Of a DNA stretch of 64,000 nt, positions 57,808 to 64,000 are shown piece by piece. The notes beneath the pieces were generated by a model that saw nothing but the letters and a program-made list of their open reading frames with translations, was not told the DNA's origin and did no database searches. How positions within the stretch are numbered: position 1 is the first letter of the stretch; every line of letters starts with the position of its first letter. A program made the translations under genes and the position numbers. The stretch comes from Gemmatimonadales bacterium (GTDB lineage: Bacteria > Gemmatimonadota > Gemmatimonadetes > Gemmatimonadales > GWC2-71-9): NCBI GenBank assembly GCA_965249575.1, contig OZ252244.1:3488001-3552000 (forward strand), in the 5' to 3' direction.

Positions 57808-57975
57808 ATGTCATTGTTTTACAGGAAGTTACAAGCATGCAGCCTGGTGCTGGCCGTCGGGCTGGCGGCCTGCTCGGAGACGAGCGGTCCGACCGACGGG
57901 TTTACCGTCGCCGACGCGTCGGCCGATCTGGCTGCCATGCAGGGTGCCTTCGAGACTGAGGCCTTCCAGAGCTTG
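57808..57975 (+). pseudogene. 5' fragment of a lipoprotein gene
   Basis: SD ggaggag; MSLFYRKLQACSLVLAVGLAAC lipobox; sequence switches to LVIVD coding in another frame at about 57975. Confidence 0.6.
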
Positions 57976-58523
57976 GGCGGGGTCACTCCGCCACACCCAG
58001 TCCTGACGGACGGTACCTCATTACGGAGACCGAATACCAGTACGCTCCGTTACGGGTGTTCGACCTGGCGCCGGGACTGGACGGGAGGGTGAAGACGATT
58101 ACTCAGCCGATCGGGGCCTGGACGGCGGACTGGTATGCGCTGTCGCACAACCACGAGGTACGCTGGCCCTATGTGTTTGTCGCTGCCTACGAAGACGGCC
58201 TCCAGGTTTTCAACATGATGGATCTCGCCAATCCCTACACTGTCGGGGGATACTACACGTGTGAATGCCCGCATGGGGCGGGAAGAACCGTACTGCAGAC
58301 CGAGGTGGAGATCCGGCGTGGGGCGGGGGCGGTCTTGAACGGCGCGTGGGGGGTCGATGTGAGAAACGCCGACGGTCTCATTGTGGTCAGCGACAAGGTG
58401 ACTGGCTTCTGGGCGTTTACCCTGGACGGCTTCGACGGTTGGAACGGCCACACCTGGGGAATGCCGAATGTTTCGAGCGTGCAGGACTGGGAAGACGGGC
58501 CGGATGGCGCGCGTACGCTCTGA
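57975..58523 (+). pseudogene. 3' fragment of a second LVIVD-repeat paralog
   Basis: GHSATPSPDGRYLITETEYQYAPLRVFDLAPGLDG aligns with GHTFTPTPDGRYAIGEAEWQYQPLRIFDLKPGLDG of 51377..52792; N-terminal part absent. Confidence 0.8.
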
Positions 58524-59690
58524 ATGCGAACGATCGATGAGAGGAGGTGGCGCTTGGGTTCGCGGGCGGATACGGCGGTGAGCGAGCGCGCCAGGGCGTT
58601 GCATCAGGACTCGATTGTGCTCGACGCTCACAACGACAGCGTACAGCGCATCCTGATCGATGGGGTCGACCTGGGTGTGCGTTCCGACGCCGGGCAGGCG
58701 GATCTTCCCAGATTCCGCGAGGGGGGCTTGAACGTCCAGGTGTTCGCGGTGTGGGTCGACACGGTCTATCTCCCGTATCATGCCGTCCGTCGGACGATGC
58801 AGCAGCTCGATGCGCTCCACGATTTCTTGGAGACATATCCCGATCAGGTGGAGCTGGCCCGCACGGCGTCCGACGCCCGCCGGATCGTGGCGAACGGCAA
58901 GCTCGCCGCCTTCGTAGCCATCGAGGGCGGCGACGCCATTCAGTGTGATCTGGGCGTCCTTCGCATGTACCACCGTATGGGTGCGAGCAGCATGACCCTA
59001 ACACATTCCAGAACGACTGATTGGGCGGATTCGTCGACGGATGAGGCGCGTTGGAACGGCCTGAACGACCTCGGTCGCGAGGTCATTCGTGAGTTGGACC
59101 GCCTTCACATGGTGGTGGACGTGTCGCACGTGTCGGACGCGACGGTTCGGGATGTTCTAGAGACGACGTCAAGTCCCATCGTCGCATCTCATTCGTCCTG
59201 TCGTGCGTTATCGGATCATCCGCGGAACTTGTCGGACGAGATGCTCGAGGCCATCGCCGACAACGGTGGGGTCATCGGCATGAACTTCTACTGCGAGTTC
59301 ACGGATCAAGCATATCACGACAAGATGAAGGCTCGGCATGTGGATCTATTGGGAGAATTGAACCGGCCACCGGAGATTCCGCCCGAACAACTCGACGATT
59401 TCGCCGCAGAGCGGCTCAGAACCTTTTTCAAGGACCGGCTGCCTCGGCCGCCGTTCGAGCGGATCCTCGAGCACATCGATCACGCCGTCGAGGTGGCAGG
59501 CATCGATCACGTGGGCCTCGGAGCGGACATGGATGCGACCGACATTCCGATGCCAGAGGGCATGGACGACGTGACCGATTATCCGAAGATCACGGAGGGG
59601 TTGCTCGAGCGCGGTTACGCCGAGGGTGACGTTAGCAAGATCCTTGGAGGGAATTTCCTGCGGGTGTACGAGCAGGTCATCGAAAGCTGA
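58524..59690 (+). CDS. Membrane dipeptidase (M19 family)
   Basis: DAHND, IEG, DVSH, SHS, RNLSD, GADMD, GGNFLRV. Confidence 0.9.
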   Translation: MRTIDERRWRLGSRADTAVSERARALHQDSIVLDAHNDSVQRILIDGVDLGVRSDAGQADLPRFREGGLNVQVFAVWVDTVYLPYHAVRRTMQQLDALHDFLETYPDQVELARTASDARRIVANGKLAAFVAIEGGDAIQCDLGVLRMYHRMGASSMTLTHSRTTDWADSSTDEARWNGLNDLGREVIRELDRLHMVVDVSHVSDATVRDVLETTSSPIVASHSSCRALSDHPRNLSDEMLEAIADNGGVIGMNFYCEFTDQAYHDKMKARHVDLLGELNRPPEIPPEQLDDFAAERLRTFFKDRLPRPPFERILEHIDHAVEVAGIDHVGLGADMDATDIPMPEGMDDVTDYPKITEGLLERGYAEGDVSKILGGNFLRVYEQVIES

Positions 59691-59695
59691 TCGGA

Positions 59696-61003
59696 ACGTC
59701 GATTCTCTCCCGGGATCACCGTCACTACGCCCACTCGTTTCTCGCTCTCCTGTTCATCGTCAATTTCCTGAACTACGTCGACCGGCTCGCCATTACCGGT
59801 CTCATCGAGCCGATTCGTAAAGATCTCGGTGCCACCGACGCGCAGATGGGGCTGGTCGGTCTCGCGTTTACCCTGACCTATGCGGGGCTGCCACCCCTGT
59901 TCGGGTGGCTCGGAGACCGGTGGCCCCGGACGATCTTGATCGCGTGCTCGGCGGCGTTCTGGAGTGTGGCGACAGCGGCTACCGGCTTGGCGCGAAACGT
60001 GGTCCAGCTCGCGACGCTCCGGGGGGCCGTTGGGGTCGGGGAGGCGTCGTACATGACCAATGCGCCGAGCCTCATCGCGGATCTCTTTCCGCTGAAGGGG
60101 CGGGGCAGGGCCATGTCCCTGTTCTATACCGCGTCGCCAATCGGCGTGGCGCTCGGCGTGACGATCGCCGGGGTTCTCGGTGAAGCGTACGGGTGGCGGA
60201 TGGCCTGCTTTCTGGTGGGGCTCCCCGGCATTGCGACCGCGGTATTGGTGTGGCGCTTCCACGAGCCGGTTCGGGGCAAGTTCGACGGTGTGGGTGAGGT
60301 GGTCCGCCCCCCGATCGTCGTGGCGGTCAAGGAACTCCTGGTGAACCGAGTCTTCGTACTGATCGTGCTGGCGTTTACCGGCCAGGTCTTCCTTCAGAAT
60401 GCGGTGGAATTCTGGCTCCCGACGATTCTCCAGCGGGACAAGGGAATCCCCCTCCTCGAGGCAAACGCGACTTACGGGGCCGTGGCGCTCCCCGCCGGGA
60501 TCATTGCTCCACTGATGGGGAGCTTTCTGGGTGATGCCCTCAGACGTCGCACGGCGGCTGGCTATTTCTGGATCTGCGCGGCCAGCGTGATCCTCACGGC
60601 GGCGCCGCTCATTGGGCTGGGGATGGCGTTTGCCAGGGCCCCGATCTTCGCGGCCGTGTTCTTCGAGATCCTCTTGGCCAACACGTCCCTGGGGCTGGTA
60701 GTAGCTCTCGCCGTGAGCATCGTGAGTCCCGGCATCCGGGCAACCGCGACGGCCGCGATGCTCACCACCGTGCACCTCTTGGGGGACGCGATCTCACAGC
60801 CGCTGGTCGGCAAGCTCTCGACCGAAATGTTGGAGGGTGGCATCTCCGGTATGGTCGTGAGCGAGCTCGCGGCACTGTTCCGCACGAGCCCGGACAGCCA
60901 CCTCACGATCGCCCTGCTCTGCGTGGCGCTACCGGCGGCCGTGGTCTCGTCTGTACTGTTCGTAATGGCGGGGAGGGAGGAGGGGAATGCGACTAGGGAG
61001 TAG
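59696..61003 (+). CDS. MFS transporter (spinster-like); no canonical start codon before TM1
   Basis: In-frame FLNYVDR motif upstream of ATG 59846; GWLGDRWPR, GVGEA, HLLGD. Confidence 0.82.
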   Translation, partial: TSILSRDHRHYAHSFLALLFIVNFLNYVDRLAITGLIEPIRKDLGATDAQMGLVGLAFTLTYAGLPPLFGWLGDRWPRTILIACSAAFWSVATAATGLARNVVQLATLRGAVGVGEASYMTNAPSLIADLFPLKGRGRAMSLFYTASPIGVALGVTIAGVLGEAYGWRMACFLVGLPGIATAVLVWRFHEPVRGKFDGVGEVVRPPIVVAVKELLVNRVFVLIVLAFTGQVFLQNAVEFWLPTILQRDKGIPLLEANATYGAVALPAGIIAPLMGSFLGDALRRRTAAGYFWICAASVILTAAPLIGLGMAFARAPIFAAVFFEILLANTSLGLVVALAVSIVSPGIRATATAAMLTTVHLLGDAISQPLVGKLSTEMLEGGISGMVVSELAALFRTSPDSHLTIALLCVALPAAVVSSVLFVMAGREEGNATRE

Positions 61004-61063
61004 GGGAATAGGGGGTGGGGCTCACACCCATATCCCTATTCCCTACCCCCTATCCCCTACTAG
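60992..61063. repeat. Heptamer-like tandem repeats arranged as an inverted repeat
   Basis: tagggag-taggggaa-taggggg... versus ...tattccc-taccccc-tatcccc-tactag. Confidence 0.55.
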
Positions 61064-61124
61064 CCCTTGCAGTTCCCGTTTCCCACCCCCAAGTTCACCC
61101 GCCAATCCAACAGGAGCGCACGTC

Positions 61125-61610
61125 ATGCGAAGTCTGGGTGTGGTATTGAGCCTTTCACTGCTGGCCGGGTGCGCAGCGGGGGGCTATGGGGAGTTGACGG
61201 ACGCCGAGCGCGCGGCGCTCGCCGATTCGATACGGCAGTTCGCGAACGAGATGGTCGTGACGATCGACGGTCACGACGTCGACGGATTCATTGATTACCA
61301 CTCGCGACATCCCGATTTCACGTGGGCGAGCTCCGGCTCGATCACGCCGCTCGATTCTCATCACGTTTCCATGAAGGAGTACTTTCCCGGGGTCGGGAAG
61401 AATGTGCACTTCAAGCTGGGAGACAGCCGAGTGCACGTGTTGAGCAGGGATGCCGCGGTGGCGACTTCCATCATTCACTCGACTAACATCGACGACGACG
61501 GTGAGCCGACGACAGGCCATGAGGCATGGAGCATCGTGGTTCAGCGCATCGGTGGTGAATGGAAAGTGGTGCAGGCGCATGAGTCCTACCCTCGCCGCCC
61601 GGCCTCGTGA
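61125..61610 (+). CDS. NTF2/SnoaL-like (DUF4440-type) lipoprotein
   Basis: SD aggag; lipobox LAGC; VHVLSRDAAV...WKVVQAHES. Confidence 0.8.
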   Translation: MRSLGVVLSLSLLAGCAAGGYGELTDAERAALADSIRQFANEMVVTIDGHDVDGFIDYHSRHPDFTWASSGSITPLDSHHVSMKEYFPGVGKNVHFKLGDSRVHVLSRDAAVATSIIHSTNIDDDGEPTTGHEAWSIVVQRIGGEWKVVQAHESYPRRPAS

Positions 61611-61771
61611 CAAGGAAATTCCTGCTACGCCCATTCTGAGCCCCGATCGGCGGAATGCCTGTACGCGTGCCTCGGTGCGTCGGGGAAACTCGAGGCGCTC
61701 AGGGGGGGGATAAAGGGTCGCTTTTCGAGGTCTGAGCTGAGTGGCACCCTTCGGCTCTCCGTGACGACAAA

Positions 61772-61808
61772 CAAAGCCCCCGCAGCGCTGAGCGCTGCGG
61801 GGGCTTTG
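61772..61808 (-). terminator. Intrinsic terminator of the susC/susD operon
   Basis: 18-bp inverted repeat caaagcccccgcagcgct / agcgctgcgggggctttg; tttgtttgt follows on the minus strand. Confidence 0.8.
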
Positions 61809-61830
61809 GGTCCGAGTGTCCCGGTACGAA

Positions 61831-63258
61831 CTAGTTCGGGTTCGGGTTGAAGAAGTTAGGTGTAATGGTGGTCGGCTGAGCACATCCCGCAGGAGCCGGC
61901 GAGCGCTGGTTGCACTCGTTGGTCTCGAGCGGCAGATGCGGATAGATGATGTGCTGCGGCAGAAATCCCCACAGGTCGGCCAGCCGGCCGTACCGCCGCA
62001 TGTCCACCCACCGATGTCCGCCTTCCCACATCAGCGAATAGCGCTTGTTGTAGAGCAGCTCATCCAGCCGCGCGGTGTCCGTCATGCCCTGCCACGTAGC
62101 CAGGGCGATGGCGGGAAGTCCACCGGAAGTGGTCCGAATGAAGTTGATGTCCGTGAGCGCAGCGTCCACGTTGCTGGCACCCAGGTTCGCCTCGGCGCGG
62201 AGGAGGATCAGCTCCTCGTTCCGCATGATGGCGATGGGCGAAGAAGCGCCCCCGTTCACGGCGTCGTAGAGCGTGAAGCATGCGTCCACCACCATGCCGT
62301 GAATCTCCTTCGGCGTGATCTTCCGCACCTTGGTGAGGAAGCGCTGGTCGAGGCTCGTGTCGTCGGTCTGGATCTGCGCCTCCACCTCGTTCTCCGGCAC
62401 GCTGAACAGCTGGCGGCAGGTGGGATCGAAGAGCGGGTTGGCGCGATCACCGGACGTAGTGCTGTACGTGTCGTACGCCCCCATGGACAGCGGGGCGGCG
62501 GCGTCCAAGAACGACGCGGGCAAGTACGTGCTGAGCGCGCCGGTGAAGTCGTTGGTGTACACCGCCATGCGGGCCCGGAGCCCGCGGTTGAAGGTGAGGA
62601 AGCTGGCGGGCGTGTCGAACGCGGAAAAGCCGTCCGTCAACGGGAACAGGAACGAGCTTCCGCCCGACCCGAGGTCAGTCGCCCCCTCATCCAACATGGA
62701 GATGATGCGCGTCTTGACGGCGGCATTGTCCGCGATGGCCGCCGCGGGGTCGCCGGTGTCGATATCGACATCGATCGGCAGGCCGGCGTCGGCGAAGCCG
62801 TTGTTCATGCGAATGAACGCGACCGCCATCAACGTCTTGGCGAAGCCACTGGTCCCCGCAATCTCCGCCGCCGAGAGCGTGGTGGCCGCTCCGAGCGCAG
62901 CGAGCAGCTCGTTGCCCTGCCGGATCATGCGGAACCCCGCCAGGAAACCGGAATAACGGGGCTCATTTGCTCCCAACGGGTCTTCCAACCGGTCGAGAGG
63001 GTGTTGTGGATTGCTGGGATCGAGCTCGATGCCTTCCCGACCCATCTGCCCCATGAGGGCGGTGTGGGAGACAAGGAACGAGTTCTCGAAATCACGGAGC
63101 CCACCCAGGAGGCCCACGGCGGCGATGTTGATCGCCCCCCCCTCGCCGTCCTGAAGGGCGTTGATGCTCTGGGCCTGAAAGTCCGGGACGTTCAAGTCCT
63201 TGCACGCACCCGAGACCACAAGCGCCAGAGCCGGAACGATGAGATGAATCGCTTTCAT
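61831..63258 (-). CDS. RagB/SusD family outer-membrane lipoprotein
   Basis: Lipobox VSGAC; IMRNEELILLRAEA, YNKRYSLMWEGGHRWVDMRRYG; SD gagga. Confidence 0.9.
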   Translation of the reverse strand: MKAIHLIVPALALVVSGACKDLNVPDFQAQSINALQDGEGGAINIAAVGLLGGLRDFENSFLVSHTALMGQMGREGIELDPSNPQHPLDRLEDPLGANEPRYSGFLAGFRMIRQGNELLAALGAATTLSAAEIAGTSGFAKTLMAVAFIRMNNGFADAGLPIDVDIDTGDPAAAIADNAAVKTRIISMLDEGATDLGSGGSSFLFPLTDGFSAFDTPASFLTFNRGLRARMAVYTNDFTGALSTYLPASFLDAAAPLSMGAYDTYSTTSGDRANPLFDPTCRQLFSVPENEVEAQIQTDDTSLDQRFLTKVRKITPKEIHGMVVDACFTLYDAVNGGASSPIAIMRNEELILLRAEANLGASNVDAALTDINFIRTTSGGLPAIALATWQGMTDTARLDELLYNKRYSLMWEGGHRWVDMRRYGRLADLWGFLPQHIIYPHLPLETNECNQRSPAPAGCAQPTTITPNFFNPNPN

Positions 63259-63287
63259 TGATCGTGTCCTCGTTGGCTGCGTCATGG

Positions 63288-64000
63288 TCAAAAGCCCAGG
63301 TCGATGGAGAACCAGAACTGGCGGCTGGGCGGGTACGCCCAGAGCTCTCTCGGCACGGATCGCGAGAGGCTCCTTTCAGGACGCCACCGCGACTCCGGGT
63401 CGGTGCCGCGGTAGTCGGTGATCATGATCAGGTTCCTTCCGCTCGCGGTCAGCCGGATGTATCGGGCACCGCTCCAGAGGTTCTGCACGAACGACCTCGG
63501 GAGTTCGACCGCGAGGGACAGCTCTCGGAGCTTGGTGAAGGTCATGTCCTGCACGTATGGCGTCGGGTTCTTCCTGAACACGACCGGACGCCACTGACCC
63601 AGCGTCATCCCCGAGACGGGAGACGGATCGTCATAGTCCTTACTGTTCCCGTTCAGGTCGTACAGCCAGCCCGTGAGGTTCGAGATCTTCCCACCGGTCT
63701 GGTGATCGATCACGGTGTTCAACCTCAGCGCCTTGTAACGAATCTCGTTGGAGAACTGGAGGTTGAAGTCCGGCCGGGTCTCTCCGATGATGGCCGAGAC
63801 ACGCGTGCCATCGGAGAGGGAATCGAACCCGCCGATCTGGGTGCAGGACGAGTCCGCGGCTACGCGGGGTGACCCGCCCCCAAATCCGCCGCCGCCGAAT
63901 CCCGGCACCGGCAGCTCGGTCATCACGCACCGATAGGAGTGCCAGCTCCCTCCGACGCTCCACTGGAAGTCGGCCCTCTGCACCGGGATAGCCCGAAGCC
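63288..64000 (-). CDS. SusC/RagA TonB-dependent receptor, C-terminal part (runs off the window)
   Basis: PDF, FTKLRELSL, SGRNL..ITDYRGTDPE, YPPSRQFWFSIDLGF with terminal Phe. Confidence 0.9.
   Translation of the reverse strand, partial: LRAIPVQRADFQWSVGGSWHSYRCVMTELPVPGFGGGGFGGGSPRVAADSSCTQIGGFDSLSDGTRVSAIIGETRPDFNLQFSNEIRYKALRLNTVIDHQTGGKISNLTGWLYDLNGNSKDYDDPSPVSGMTLGQWRPVVFRKNPTPYVQDMTFTKLRELSLAVELPRSFVQNLWSGARYIRLTASGRNLIMITDYRGTDPESRWRPERSLSRSVPRELWAYPPSRQFWFSIDLGF

Noticed and set aside
1..64000. CRISPR array, tRNA/rRNA, IS element, integrase or prophage
   Set aside because: No regularly spaced identical repeats, recognisable structural RNA genes or mobile-element proteins were seen by eye

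Overview
A GC-rich bacterial window, densely coding and mostly accessory metabolism. The SusC/SusD pair, LVIVD-repeat proteins and a 'MADQLERLKAALADR' kinase remnant suggest Gemmatimonadota (inference). I found no rRNA, tRNA, CRISPR array, transposase or integrase. Main blocks in order: (1) peptidases, an HD-GYP protein, an AKR-RidA fusion and a YcaQ-like glycosylase; (2) an ArsR-SRPBCC pair with a perfect 32-bp operator palindrome; (3) a broken patch at 13.1-15.5 kb; (4) an NhaC-family transporter coupled to an MJ0158/SelA-like PLP enzyme; (5) a lipoprotein with six DUF5666-like repeats, each carrying a different loop; (6) a catabolic cluster of two convergent operons (2-hydroxyacid dehydrogenase, TAXI-TRAP, HcnABC/LhpBEF-type oxidase subunits split across strands, DapA-like enzyme, mandelate-racemase-family enzyme); (7) a hybrid kinase with a degenerate receiver; (8) a radical SAM enzyme with a CX8CX2C motif divergent from YciI, an aminotransferase and NnrE; (9) a LIV-type ABC operon with two acyl-CoA ligases; (10) LVIVD, HDOD, NhaA and HtrA genes, a chimeric gene junction, a dipeptidase, an MFS transporter, SusD and partial SusC. 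The best candidates for undescribed systems are blocks 6, 4, 8 and 5. Several frameshifts look like sequencing indels. All family calls come from motif recognition, not database searches.
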